From: an uncultured Solirubrobacteraceae bacterium
GTDB taxonomy: Bacteria; Actinomycetota; Thermoleophilia; Solirubrobacterales; Solirubrobacteraceae
DNA length: 64,000 nucleotides
Direction: 5' to 3'
NCBI GenBank assembly: GCA_963822245.1
Contig: CAWGGR010000006.1
Location: 144,779-208,778, forward strand
Below, one piece after another: positions 17,647 to 27,590 of the stretch. Numbering within the stretch: the stretch's first letter is position 1; each line of letters starts with the position of its first letter. A model generated the notes under the pieces. The model saw only the letters and a program-made list of their open reading frames with translations. It did no database searches and was not told the origin of the DNA. The position numbers and the translations under genes are program-made.

Positions 17647-20600
17647 CAGGTCGGGCAGGCGATCGGGATCGTGCCGGCGGGGTTCAGGCAGCTGTCAAAG
17701 CGTGACGGCAGCTTGCCGCGGCGGACCGTGAAGCGCATGAACTTGCCGATCTCGCCGGGACTCGAGACCTTGATTTCGAGGATCACGCCCGCAGGCAGCG
17801 AGCGCTCGAAGCGGCGCAGCGTGACGAGCACTGTGCCGAGCTTGCTCTTGCTCGCGCCCGATGAGGCGACAACGCTCTCGGACTTGCTCGGGCAGCCGTG
17901 CCCGCGACAGGTGACGTTGACGGTCGCGCCAACCGGGGCGAGCACCGTCAGCAGGCTCACCTTGACGCTCAGCGCGTGCTCGGTGCCGGCGATGCGCACG
18001 ACCGGGAAGGGCTGCATCACTTTGACCGCCGGCGCGGTCACCGTGATCGTCTTGCTGACCGTGCTGCTGAGGCCGTTCGCGTCGGTCACACGCAGCTGCA
18101 CGACGTGCGGGCCGACGGTCGTGAAGATCGTGCTGAGCACGGCCGAGCCCGGCTGGAAGACGTTGTTGCCCGCGACCGCCCACGCGTATCCGGTGATCGC
18201 GCTGTCAGCATCGCTCGAGGTCGACGCGAGCGTCACGGGTTCGCCGGTGTGGGGCGCGCTCGGCAGCCACTCGAACGAGGCGACCGGCGGCACCGGCGTC
18301 GACGTCGCGGGCGCCGCAGGCGGCGCGAGCACGGTGAAGGTCGACGGTTCGCTGACGCCGATGTTGCCGACGTCATCGGCCTGTTCGGCGAGCAGTGTGT
18401 AGGTGCCGGGGGCGAGGCCCGAGAAGACCGTCGACCAGCTCCCGATCGCGACCGGGACCGTCACCGTCTGCAGCGCCGCGCCGCCCACGCCGCTGCCCGC
18501 ATACAGGTGCACGGCGACGGCCGGCTGATCGCCCGCCGCCCTCCCCGCCGCGCCGGAGGCGGTCTCCGCCGTGCCCGTGGTCGATGTCCCCGTGACGGGC
18601 GCCGTGAGCGTCACCGCGGGCGCATCCGCGTCGACCGTGAACACCGCCGTCGCGGCGCTGATCGTGGTCGGACCTCCGGGTTCGCGCTCTTCTGCCTGCG
18701 CGACGTAGCTGACGCCGTCGCTGAGGCTCGGCACCGGCCCAACGGCCCAGTCCGCGGTCGTGAGCGCAACGGGCGTCGGCGTCGGCGTTACCAGCCGGTA
18801 GGACGGCCATTCATAGATCTTGACCGTCACCGTGTTGCCTTCGCCGGTGGGCGCCGTGCCGTGAAAGGTCGGGTTGGCGCTCGAGAACAGTTCCGTGCCG
18901 CGCGGCACGCCGACGTTTTCAAGCGTCACCACGGTCGTTACCGTGAATGACACCGGTTCGCTCGTGCCGATGTTGCCGGCGCTATCCGCCTGCTCGGCGA
19001 TCACCGTGTAGACGCTGCCGTTTTTCAGCGGTTTCACGGGTGACACCGCCCAGTGTCCTGCCTTCACCGCAACTTCGATGACTTCCACCGGCGTTCCCGA
19101 CGCCGTCGCGCCGAGATAGATCTTCAGGTCGACGGTTGGGTCATCGCCGGTGAGTTCCCCGGCGGGGCCGCTGAATGTCGGTTTGAGTTCGTTCAGGCCC
19201 GCGTCGTTCGCGGGCGTCGTGATGCCGACGGCCGGCGGCGTCGTGTCGATCGTGAACGTCATCGCGGCGCTCCTGCCGACGTTGCCGGCCTCATCTTCCT
19301 GGGTCGCCTGCGCGGTGTAGGTGCCGTCCGCCAGGTGCGGCACGTCAAACGACCATGTGTCGCCGCTGACCGTCCCGGTCCCGGAGGCGGCGATCGTGCC
19401 CTTGGCTTCGCCGCCCTCGAAGACGGTGACCGCGACCGTCGCGGCGTCGCCGGGTTCGGTCCCCGCGGTGCCGCTCAGCGTCGGTTCCGTGTCTTTGCCC
19501 GGCGTCGGCACCGTGTTGATCGTGACCTTCGGCTTGACCGTGTCGATCCTGAACTCGACCGGGGCGCTGACGCCGACGTTGCCCGCGTCGTCTGACTGTT
19601 CGGCGACCGCGGTGTACGTGCCGTCGCCGAGCGTCGCACCGCTCGTGCCGGTGCTCCACGCGCCCGCTTTCGCGGGCGCGGTCAGCGTCTCGGATGGGCT
19701 CCCCGAGGCCGTTGCGCCCGCGTAGAGCTTGACCGTCACCGTCGGTTCATCGCCCGCAAGCTCACCGGCGAGGCCGCTGAACGTCGGCTTCGGGACGTTC
19801 GAGGCGCCGGCTGTCGGCGTCAGCAGCGAGACGACGGGCGGCGTCGAATCAATCGTGAACGTCGCCTTCTTGCTGAAGCCGTGATTGCCCGCTTCGTCTG
19901 ACTGTTCGGCGATCACCGTGTAGGTGCCGTCAGCGAGGTGCGGAGCGGTGAAGCTCCAGTCGCCGGTTTTCAGTGGCGCCGGGCCCTGCGCGGCGACCGT
20001 GCCCGTGGGTTCGCTGCCTTCATAGATCGTGACGTTCACCGCGCCGTCGCCGCTCGCGACGCTGCCGGTGCCGGTGAAGGTCGGCGTCGAGTCGTTCATC
20101 AGCACCGCAACCGGGTTCAACGTGACGAGCGGCTTGACGGTGTCGATGACGAATGTCCGCGGCGGCGTGCTCGTGCCGAGGTTGCCCGCCGCGTCTGACT
20201 GTTCGGCGATCGCCGTGTAGGTGCCGTCGGCGAGATGTGCAGGCGTGAAGGACCAGCCGGCGCCGCTCACCACCCCGAGCCCACTCGCGGCGATCGTCCC
20301 TGACGGCGAGCTGCCCGCGAAGATCGTGACTTTCACGTTCGCGGAGTCGCCCGCTTCGGTCCCGCGCACGCCGGTCAGCGTCGGCGTCGGGTTGTTCCCC
20401 GGAGATGGCACTTCGGCCATCGTCACCTTCGGCGCGACCGTGTCGATCGTGAACGTCACCGCTTTGCTCGAGCCGACGTTGCCCGCTTCATCCGACTGCG
20501 TAGCGATCGCGGTGTACGTGCCGTCGGCGAGGTGCGGGCCGGTGCTGCCCGTCGTCCAGCTGCCGGCGGCTGCCGGCACGTCGAGGGTGTCCGCGGGGCT

Positions 20601-22643
20601 GCCGCTCGTTCCTTCCCCGGCGTAGATCTTCAGCACGACCGTCTGCAGATCGCCGCTCGCCTGCCCGGCGCCGCCGCCGAACGTCGGCTGCGAGACATTC
20701 AGCGCGCCCGCCGCGGGGCTCGTCAGCGAGACTTTCGGGGCGCTCGTATCGACCGTGAAGGTCACCGGTGCGCTCACGCCGACGTTGCCCGCCGCGTCGA
20801 GCTGTTCGGCCACGGCCGTGTATGTGCCATCAGCGAGCGCGGGCACCGCATTCGTGCTCCACGCGCCCGCTTCGATGCTGACGTGCGAGAGCGTCTGCAC
20901 GGGCGTCCCTGTCGGCGTCGCGCCGCTGTAGATCTTCAGCGCGAGGGACGGTTCATCGCCGACGGCCTGGCCGCCGCTGCCGCTGAAGGTGAGCGTCGCC
21001 GCTTTTGAGATCGTGCCAGGCGCCGGCGCCGTGATCGCGACCAGCGGGGCCGTCGTGTCGACGGTGAACATAATCGTTTTGCTGACGCCGAGATTGCCCG
21101 CGTCATCGGACTGTTCGGCGATCGCGGTGTAGGTGCCGTCGGCGAGGTGCGGCGAGGTGAACGACCACGCGCCCCCGCTCACCGTCGGGGTGCCGGAGGC
21201 TGCTGGCGTCCCCGACGCCGCGGAGCCTTCGTAGATCTTCACCGCGACAGTCGCGGAATCGCCCGATTCCGTGCCGCCGGCGCCGCTCAGCGTCGGTTTC
21301 GGGTTTTTCGTCGGCGAGGCGAGCGTGTTGAGCGTGACCGCCGGCTTGACGGTGTCGATCGTGAACGGCACGCTGTTGCTCGTGCCGATGTTGCCCGCTT
21401 CATCGCTCTGCACAGCTTCCGCTGTGTAGCTGGCGTCGGCCAGATGCACCGATTTGTACGTCCACACGCCGCCGATCACCGGCACGGTTTCGACGACCGC
21501 CGGTTTGTCCGCCGAGGGTTTGCCCTTGAAGATCGTCAGCGTGACCGTCGGGCGGTCGCCCAGCAGCGTCCCCGCGGTGCCGCTCACCGTCGGCGTCGGG
21601 TTGTTCGACGCTGGCGCCATCGCGTTGATCGTCACGACCGGCTTGACGGTGTCGATCGTGAACGTCGTGCTCGCGCTGAGGCCGACGTTGCCCGCTTCAT
21701 CGCTCTGGGATGCGCGCGCGGTGTAGACGCCGTCGCTGAGGTGGGCCGCGGCGAACGACCAGGTGGCCCCGGTCGGGGTGACTTCGGCCGTCTGCGCGAC
21801 CGTCCCTTCCGGCGCGCTGCCGTGGTAGATCGTGACGGTCACGTGCGGGTGGTCGCCGGGCGCGATGCCGGCGCCGCCCGCCAGCGTCGGCGTCGCGTTG
21901 TTGCTCCACGGCGGCATGCTCGTCAGCGTCACCGCGGGCGCGGTCGTGTCGACCGTGAACGTCACCGCCTTGCTCGTGCCGAGGTTGCCGGCTGCGTCTT
22001 CCTGGGAGACCTGGGCGGTGTAGGTGCCGTCCGCGAGTTCAGCGACGGCGTGCGTCCAGCCGCCGCTTTCAACCGGGACGCTGGCCGATTCGACCGTCGC
22101 GCCGGCGAGCGTGGCGCCGGCGTGGATCGTCAGCTCGACGTTCTTGTCGTCGCCCGCTGACTCGCCCGCTTCGCCGCTGAGCGTCGGCGTCGAGTCTCTG
22201 CTCGGAGTCGGCACCGTGTCCAGCGTGACCACCGGCTTGGTCGTGTCGACCGTGAACGTGACTTCGGCGCTGCCGGTTTCCGCTTCGATCGTCTGTTCGG
22301 CGACGGCCGTATATTCCCCCTGTTCGAGCGGTTCCGGGGAGATTTCCCAGGTGCCTTCGAGAAACGGCAGGGCGAACTGCTGTTGCACCGGTGTGCCGCC
22401 GGCAACGGAGCCGCTGTAGATGTCGAGCGTGACGAACCCGCCCAGCGGGGCGCTCGTCGTGCCGCTGAACAGCGGCGTCCGGCTGCGTGTGAAGCTGCCG
22501 TTGAGCGGTTCGCTGATCGTGATGCCCGGCGGCGCCGCGAGCGCGTCCGCCGCGGGCATCGCGACGAGCGCGAGCAGCGCCAGCAGCGCGGCGGCAAGCG
22601 CGCGCGCAAGGGTCCTGCCAACCACTGTCCGAACGCCGCTCAC
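17646..22643 (-). CDS. Large secreted adhesin: 14 bacterial Ig-like repeats, PKD domain, Cys-containing C-terminal domain (~1665 aa)
   Basis: Likely GTG start at 22643 with signal peptide (ARALAAALLALLALVAMPAADALA); 14 counted units ending GTYTAxAEQSDxAGNxGxSxxxTFTIDT; PKD-like PVASF...YAW...VQLRVTD. Confidence 0.9.
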   Translation of the reverse strand: MSGVRTVVGRTLARALAAALLALLALVAMPAADALAAPPGITISEPLNGSFTRSRTPLFSGTTSAPLGGFVTLDIYSGSVAGGTPVQQQFALPFLEGTWEISPEPLEQGEYTAVAEQTIEAETGSAEVTFTVDTTKPVVTLDTVPTPSRDSTPTLSGEAGESAGDDKNVELTIHAGATLAGATVESASVPVESGGWTHAVAELADGTYTAQVSQEDAAGNLGTSKAVTFTVDTTAPAVTLTSMPPWSNNATPTLAGGAGIAPGDHPHVTVTIYHGSAPEGTVAQTAEVTPTGATWSFAAAHLSDGVYTARASQSDEAGNVGLSASTTFTIDTVKPVVTINAMAPASNNPTPTVSGTAGTLLGDRPTVTLTIFKGKPSADKPAVVETVPVIGGVWTYKSVHLADASYTAEAVQSDEAGNIGTSNSVPFTIDTVKPAVTLNTLASPTKNPKPTLSGAGGTESGDSATVAVKIYEGSAASGTPAASGTPTVSGGAWSFTSPHLADGTYTAIAEQSDDAGNLGVSKTIMFTVDTTAPLVAITAPAPGTISKAATLTFSGSGGQAVGDEPSLALKIYSGATPTGTPVQTLSHVSIEAGAWSTNAVPALADGTYTAVAEQLDAAGNVGVSAPVTFTVDTSAPKVSLTSPAAGALNVSQPTFGGGAGQASGDLQTVVLKIYAGEGTSGSPADTLDVPAAAGSWTTGSTGPHLADGTYTAIATQSDEAGNVGSSKAVTFTIDTVAPKVTMAEVPSPGNNPTPTLTGVRGTEAGDSANVKVTIFAGSSPSGTIAASGLGVVSGAGWSFTPAHLADGTYTAIAEQSDAAGNLGTSTPPRTFVIDTVKPLVTLNPVAVLMNDSTPTFTGTGSVASGDGAVNVTIYEGSEPTGTVAAQGPAPLKTGDWSFTAPHLADGTYTVIAEQSDEAGNHGFSKKATFTIDSTPPVVSLLTPTAGASNVPKPTFSGLAGELAGDEPTVTVKLYAGATASGSPSETLTAPAKAGAWSTGTSGATLGDGTYTAVAEQSDDAGNVGVSAPVEFRIDTVKPKVTINTVPTPGKDTEPTLSGTAGTEPGDAATVAVTVFEGGEAKGTIAASGTGTVSGDTWSFDVPHLADGTYTAQATQEDEAGNVGRSAAMTFTIDTTPPAVGITTPANDAGLNELKPTFSGPAGELTGDDPTVDLKIYLGATASGTPVEVIEVAVKAGHWAVSPVKPLKNGSVYTVIAEQADSAGNIGTSEPVSFTVTTVVTLENVGVPRGTELFSSANPTFHGTAPTGEGNTVTVKIYEWPSYRLVTPTPTPVALTTADWAVGPVPSLSDGVSYVAQAEEREPGGPTTISAATAVFTVDADAPAVTLTAPVTGTSTTGTAETASGAAGRAAGDQPAVAVHLYAGSGVGGAALQTVTVPVAIGSWSTVFSGLAPGTYTLLAEQADDVGNIGVSEPSTFTVLAPPAAPATSTPVPPVASFEWLPSAPHTGEPVTLASTSSDADSAITGYAWAVAGNNVFQPGSAVLSTIFTTVGPHVVQLRVTDANGLSSTVSKTITVTAPAVKVMQPFPVVRIAGTEHALSVKVSLLTVLAPVGATVNVTCRGHGCPSKSESVVASSGASKSKLGTVLVTLRRFERSLPAGVILEIKVSSPGEIGKFMRFTVRRGKLPSRFDSCLNPAGTIPIACPT

Positions 22644-22889
22644 AGCATCTCGTCTTCCATCCGAAGTCCGTTCTCGAGGCGGCCCGGCCAGTTCTCCTGA
22701 TACCTCCGGAATTGCTTCCGCCGGTTCAGATGATACGGGTGTTTGCAGGGAAATTGGAAGCGCTGCAGGGTTATTTGTACGGCTCTCGACGCATCCGCGC
22801 CTCGCCTCCGCGGCGCGACTATACGGCGCGGCCGCGGCGGGGCACGGCGCACCGCCGCACTCGCCCGTCAGGCCGTATCGTCTGCGCGA

Positions 22890-23825
22890 GTGCAAACGAC
22901 CGCGAACGCCGAGAAGTGGACAGCCGCGCAGATCCCCGATCTGCGCGGGCGCAGGGCGATCGTGACGGGCGCCAACAGCGGGCTCGGCCTCGTCACCGCC
23001 CGCGAGCTCGCAGCGCACGGAGCCGACGTCGTGCTCGCGTGCCGCAACACCGCCAAGGGCGAAGAGGCCCTGCGCGAGATCGCCGCCGCCGCGCCGGGCG
23101 CCGCGGTCGAGCTCGCCGAGCTCGATCTGTCGAGCCTCGCGTCCGTGCAGACGTTCGCCGAGCGCTTCCTCGCCGAGCACGATCGCCTTGACCTGCTCGT
23201 CAACAACGCCGGCGTGATGGCGCCGCCGCGGCGCGAGACGGCCGACGGCTTCGAGCTGCAGCTCGGCACGAACCATCTCGGGCACTTCGCGCTCACCGGG
23301 CGGCTGATCGGCGCGATGGCCGGGCGCGAGGACGCGCGTGTGGTCACGCTGAGCAGCAACGCGCACAAGTTCGGCCGCATCAACTTCGAGGACTTGCAGT
23401 CCGAGCGCCGCTACCGCCGCTGGGCGGCCTACGGGCAGTCCAAGCTCGCTGACCTGATGTCAGCGCTCGAGCTCGACCGGCGCCTGCGCGCGCGCGGGTC
23501 GACGATCTCGAGCCTCGCCGCCCACCCCGGCTACGCCGCGACGAACCTGCAGACGGCGGCCGCGCCGATTGCCGATCGGCTCGTCATGCAGCTGACGAAC
23601 GTCGTGATGGCGCAGAGCGCCGACAGCGGTGCGCTGCCGTCGCTGTACGCCGCGACGCAGCCCGGCCTCGAGGGCGGCATCTATGTCGGCCCCGACGGCG
23701 TGGGCGAGTTTCGCGGCCATCCCCACGAGGTCTCCCCCAGCCGCGCCGCACGCGACCCGGAGGCCGCCGCGCGGCTATGGGCGATCTCCGAGGAGCTCAC
23801 CGGCGTGCACTACGAGCTCGGCTGA
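22890..23825 (+). CDS. Short-chain dehydrogenase/reductase (retinol-dehydrogenase-like)
   Basis: [30 protein letters not shown]. Confidence 0.93.
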   Translation: MQTTANAEKWTAAQIPDLRGRRAIVTGANSGLGLVTARELAAHGADVVLACRNTAKGEEALREIAAAAPGAAVELAELDLSSLASVQTFAERFLAEHDRLDLLVNNAGVMAPPRRETADGFELQLGTNHLGHFALTGRLIGAMAGREDARVVTLSSNAHKFGRINFEDLQSERRYRRWAAYGQSKLADLMSALELDRRLRARGSTISSLAAHPGYAATNLQTAAAPIADRLVMQLTNVVMAQSADSGALPSLYAATQPGLEGGIYVGPDGVGEFRGHPHEVSPSRAARDPEAAARLWAISEELTGVHYELG

Positions 23826-23843
23826 GCACGAGGCGCCGGGCTG

Positions 23844-24245
23844 CTAGCGCGCAAGGTAGCGCAGACTTACGCGGCCGAGCACGATCACGTCGCCGTTCTC
23901 CAGCTGCGCCTGCTGGACACGGCGGCCGTTGACGATCGTGCCGTTCGCGCTGCGGTCGTCGAGGATCTGTGCGCCGGTCGCGCTCGGCACGACGATCGCG
24001 TGCCGGCGCGAGACCGAGTTCTCATCGAGGCGCAGCTCGGCCGCGAGGCCGCGGCCGATGTGCATCGGCTCCTCCCCGAGCGGGATCAGGAGCGTCTGCT
24101 CGGGGCCCTGCACCTCGAGGTAGCGGCCCGGCTCGAGGTCGGCAGGCGGCCGCGCCTTCAGGCGCATGCGCTCATCGAGGCACGCCGTCGGGTCGAACCT
24201 CTCGGTCAGGCCGTCAGCGGGGCGGGTGGGGGTCAGTGCGCTCAT
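23844..24245 (-). CDS. FHA domain protein
   Basis: IGR...SVSRRHA...DDRSANGTIVNG. Confidence 0.92.
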   Translation of the reverse strand: MSALTPTRPADGLTERFDPTACLDERMRLKARPPADLEPGRYLEVQGPEQTLLIPLGEEPMHIGRGLAAELRLDENSVSRRHAIVVPSATGAQILDDRSANGTIVNGRRVQQAQLENGDVIVLGRVSLRYLAR

Positions 24246-24366
24246 ACGCTGTAGCTAACCCCAGCGTACTCAGCGCAAACTCAATGCTCGTGAAGAAATT
24301 TCGAAGCTCGAGCGCGGATGCGCGCCGACGCGATGCAGAACGGCGTCGTTGCGCGCGAACGCGGCG

Positions 24367-24525
24367 CTAGCGCGTCTGTGGCTGTGAGCGCGGCTGCGGC
24401 GGGCCGCCGCCTTTGCGGCGCGCCATCCGCTTGGAGCTCCACCAGCCCCAGCCGCCGACCGCGAGCACGGGGACGACGTACAACATCGAGATGTACCAGT
24501 GCATCAGGCACGCGAGCGGTGTCAT
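24367..24525 (-). CDS. Small membrane protein, 52 aa
   Basis: MTPLACLMHWYISMLYVVPVLAVGGWGWWSSKR...; single TM followed by a basic tail. Confidence 0.55.
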   Translation of the reverse strand: MTPLACLMHWYISMLYVVPVLAVGGWGWWSSKRMARRKGGGPPQPRSQPQTR

Positions 24526-24593
24526 CGCCCAGAAATCTAGCACTTCGCCCCGCGGCGCCGGGCGCACGGCGCCGGGCGCACGGAGGCGCGCGC

Positions 24594-26018
24594 TCAGGTC
24601 CCCACCGATGACAGCAGCCACAGCCCGAAGCTCGTGAACGCGACCATCACCGCAAGCATCCAATACTGGCTGCGAACCGCCTCTTCGGGGTCTTCGTAGA
24701 GCACCAGCGCACGGTCGTGCGCGAGCGCGAGACCGCCGACGTGCCCGCCGACCAGCGCGACCACCTGCACGTACCAGATCGCCGCGTAGGAGATCACGTG
24801 ATAGTCGATTTCGTAGCTGCTCGTGCCGAAGATGTTGGCGCCGTTGCCGAGCGGGTCTGAGATCAGGTAGACCATCGCCTGGCTCTGCCACAGCAGCAGC
24901 GAGAAGTAGTGCGCGAGCACGTACGCGAACGAGATCGGCACGAGCGAGTGCGCGAACGCGCGCGTCAGTTCGCCCCTGTCGTAGCGATCGCTGACGCTCG
25001 CCACGCCGACGATGCCGATCCGGTAGACGCCGACCACGAGCAGAACGCACAGCACCAGGCCGAGCGAGTACGCGAGCTCGATCGACGGCGTCTGCGCGAA
25101 ACCGAGGTCGGCGAACAGGCTCTGCAGGTTCGGCTCGTTGTTGCGCCAGATGCCGCCGTTGCTGAAGCCGTCGAACGTCGTCGTGCCGATCAGCGCGCAG
25201 ATCAGCGTGACCGTGCCCGCGCGGATCGGCAGGTCGGTGACGCCGCTCAGCAGCCGCCTGCTGTACAGCGCGCGGTCCTCGCCGCGGACGAGCGCCGACA
25301 GGCGCGAGAGCAGGTTGAAGTACGCGCCGAATCCGTCCGCCTGCGTGCTCCACTCCTCGACGCCGAACAGCGCCATTCCCGCCACCATCACGAGGAAATA
25401 GCCGAGTGACAGCGCCGCAAGCGTCGAGGGGCGCTCGCGGTCGGCGGGCACGTAGACGAGCTCGAGCCACGCGAAGCCGATGATGACCGCGACGGCCGGC
25501 CACATCCCGAGCCATGCCGGGTAGCGAAGCGGCGGCTTGCGTGAGCCCCGGCGCAGCAGTGCTCGGAGCACGCGGGCACTGCTCCGCCACGGGCTCAGAG
25601 CGCGGAACACGTCCCCGAACAGAACGCTTGCAACCGGCACGCCCACCCAGAAGATCACATAGATGAACGTCACGGTGAAGTTCGCGTTGGGCACCTGCGC
25701 GCCCGCGAAGCCGCTGTAGAGGACGAGCGCGAACAGGCCGAGGCCGATCGCGCACGCAAGCCATTCGACGGGCTGCGGGAGCGCGCACAGGCGGCGCCGA
25801 TGCGGCTGCTGCAGCTGCGGCGTGCGCCACAGCGTCGAGAGCGCGACGAACGAGACGACGAGCACGATCGCCGCCGTCCAGCTGAACAGCCAGACCGGGA
25901 TCGGCAGGTCGGCCCTGCCGACGATGCCGTGCGCATCTGCGCTCTGCGGCAGCGCCAGCTCGACCACCGCAACTGCGCCGAGCAGCAGGGACATCATCCG
26001 GCGGCGCAGGACTCTCAT
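24594..26018 (-). CDS. Polytopic membrane protein of the 'fenitrothion hydrolase (FedB)-like' family, function unknown
   Basis: AHG..GRADLPIP.WLF, GTTTFDGF, AHYFSLL, GHVGGLALAHDRA family patterns. Confidence 0.75.
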   Translation of the reverse strand: MRVLRRRMMSLLLGAVAVVELALPQSADAHGIVGRADLPIPVWLFSWTAAIVLVVSFVALSTLWRTPQLQQPHRRRLCALPQPVEWLACAIGLGLFALVLYSGFAGAQVPNANFTVTFIYVIFWVGVPVASVLFGDVFRALSPWRSSARVLRALLRRGSRKPPLRYPAWLGMWPAVAVIIGFAWLELVYVPADRERPSTLAALSLGYFLVMVAGMALFGVEEWSTQADGFGAYFNLLSRLSALVRGEDRALYSRRLLSGVTDLPIRAGTVTLICALIGTTTFDGFSNGGIWRNNEPNLQSLFADLGFAQTPSIELAYSLGLVLCVLLVVGVYRIGIVGVASVSDRYDRGELTRAFAHSLVPISFAYVLAHYFSLLLWQSQAMVYLISDPLGNGANIFGTSSYEIDYHVISYAAIWYVQVVALVGGHVGGLALAHDRALVLYEDPEEAVRSQYWMLAVMVAFTSFGLWLLSSVGT

Positions 26019-26091
26019 GCCCCGGGCAGTCTATGCGAGCCCGCGCCGGCTGCTCACCGAGCACCCGGCGATCTCGTACTCTGCCCTTGAG

Positions 26092-27012
26092 ATGCCCGCC
26101 GTGCCGCTCGCGATCTCCGCCGACGTCTCCTCGCTGTTCCAGCTGGGGCCGCTCGTGCTCCTGGCGCTGCTCTACGCCAAACGCGTGCGCACGCTCGCGA
26201 TCGACGGCCGCGCCGTTCCCGGCTGGCGCCAGGCGTGCTTCTACGGCGGCTTCGTCGTGATCGCCGCCGCGCTCACCTCGCTCGGCTCCGCCAGCCAGGA
26301 GCTGCTGTACATGCACATGATCGAGCACCTGCTGCTCGGCGACATCGCCGCGCTGTTGATCGTGCTCGGCCTGACCGGGCCGCTGATCGCGCCGATCCTC
26401 AAAATCGCGTTCTTCGACCGGCTGCGGGTCCTCGCGCATCCGCTGATCGCCTTCCCGCTGTGGGCGATCGACCTGTACGTCTGGCATCTGCCGGTGCTCT
26501 ACCAGGCCGCGCTGCGCCACTCGGGGGTCCACGCGCTGCAGCACGCGATGTTCCTCGGGCTCGGCATCAACATGTGGATGTGCCTGTTCGGGCCGCTGCC
26601 GATGCCGAGCTGGTTCGGCAACGGCGCGAAGCTCGGCTACATCGTCGCCGTGCGCCTGACCGGCACCGTTCTCGGCAACATCTTTCTCTGGTCCGGCACG
26701 ATCTTCTACCCCTTCTACCTGCACGGTGAGGCGCTGCACCACATCTCACCGCTCGCCGACCAGAACATCGCCGGCGCCATCATGATGATCGAGGAGTCGT
26801 TTCTGACGCTCGGCCTGTTCTGCTGGCTGTTCCTGCGCACCGCCCGCGAGGGCGAGGAGCGCCAGGATCTGCTCGACTTCGCGCACGCCCACGGCCTCGA
26901 GCTGAGCGACGCCCGCGCCGCGCGCGCCGTCGCGGCCGGCCGCGGCCCCGAGCTGCGCAGCCGCCTGGAAGGACGCACGGCCGCCCCGAGCGGCGCCCGC
27001 GAGCCGAGCTAG
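26092..27012 (+). CDS. ctaG: Cytochrome c oxidase assembly factor, Caa3_CtaG family
   Basis: HMIEHLLLGDIAALLIVLG, WHLP.LY, HALQH, DQNIAGAIM. Confidence 0.9.
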   Translation: MPAVPLAISADVSSLFQLGPLVLLALLYAKRVRTLAIDGRAVPGWRQACFYGGFVVIAAALTSLGSASQELLYMHMIEHLLLGDIAALLIVLGLTGPLIAPILKIAFFDRLRVLAHPLIAFPLWAIDLYVWHLPVLYQAALRHSGVHALQHAMFLGLGINMWMCLFGPLPMPSWFGNGAKLGYIVAVRLTGTVLGNIFLWSGTIFYPFYLHGEALHHISPLADQNIAGAIMMIEESFLTLGLFCWLFLRTAREGEERQDLLDFAHAHGLELSDARAARAVAAGRGPELRSRLEGRTAAPSGAREPS

Positions 27013-27028
27013 TGGCTATCCTGGCGGT

Positions 27029-27256
27029 ATGTGCGCCGGTTGCGCAATGGCCGCCGCCTCAGCCGCGAGCGGCTTTCGAACATGGATGCAGAGCCAGCAC
27101 ATCCCCTGGCTCACGCCCGGGCGCATCCGCAAGCTGACGATCGGCGCGATGTGCGCCGCCGGGATCGTCTCGACGATCGGCTTCAGCGGCTCGACGCCCG
27201 CCGCCCACGCGAGTCGCCAGAGCACGCCCGTCGTGCATCACCTCGCCTCGCGCTAG
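27029..27256 (+). CDS. Small membrane protein with N-terminal CxxC
   Basis: MCAGCAM..., C-terminal hydrophobic helix; directly after ctaG. Confidence 0.5.
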   Translation: MCAGCAMAAASAASGFRTWMQSQHIPWLTPGRIRKLTIGAMCAAGIVSTIGFSGSTPAAHASRQSTPVVHHLASR

Positions 27257-27314
27257 ACGCGAGCGAGCAAGGACAGCGCCCGCCTGTGCTCGGCGGGGTG
27301 CGCTCAGCGGCGCC

Positions 27315-27590
27315 CTAGCCGCCGGCGACGGCGGGCAGGATCGTCAGCTCGGCGCCGTCGGCGACCGGTGTCGCGAGCCCGTCGAGGAAGCGGATGTCTT
27401 CGCCGGCGACATAGACGTTGACGAACCTGCGCAGCGACCCGTCGTCGTCGGCGATGCGAGCACGCAGCTCCGCGTGGCGCGCGAACAGGCCGTTCAGCAC
27501 CTCCTGCACGGTGGCGCCGTCGAGCACCGTCTCTGACTCGCCGCCGGCGGCGGCGCGCAGCTGCGTCGGGATCTTCACGACGACGCCCAT
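27315..27590 (-). CDS. MoaD/ThiS/CysO-type ubiquitin-like sulfur carrier
   Basis: VKIPTQLR...LRRFVNVYV..EDIRF...ILPAVAGG with C-terminal Gly-Gly. Confidence 0.95.
   Translation of the reverse strand: MGVVVKIPTQLRAAAGGESETVLDGATVQEVLNGLFARHAELRARIADDDGSLRRFVNVYVAGEDIRFLDGLATPVADGAELTILPAVAGG

Noticed and set aside
18340-22530. ~300-bp periodic repeats considered as CRISPR or DNA repeat array
   Set aside because: In-frame, degenerate at synonymous sites; these are protein Ig repeats.
22644-23366. 241-codon N-terminal extension of the adhesin ORF
   Set aside because: It is antisense to the SDR gene; the signal peptide begins at GTG 22643.
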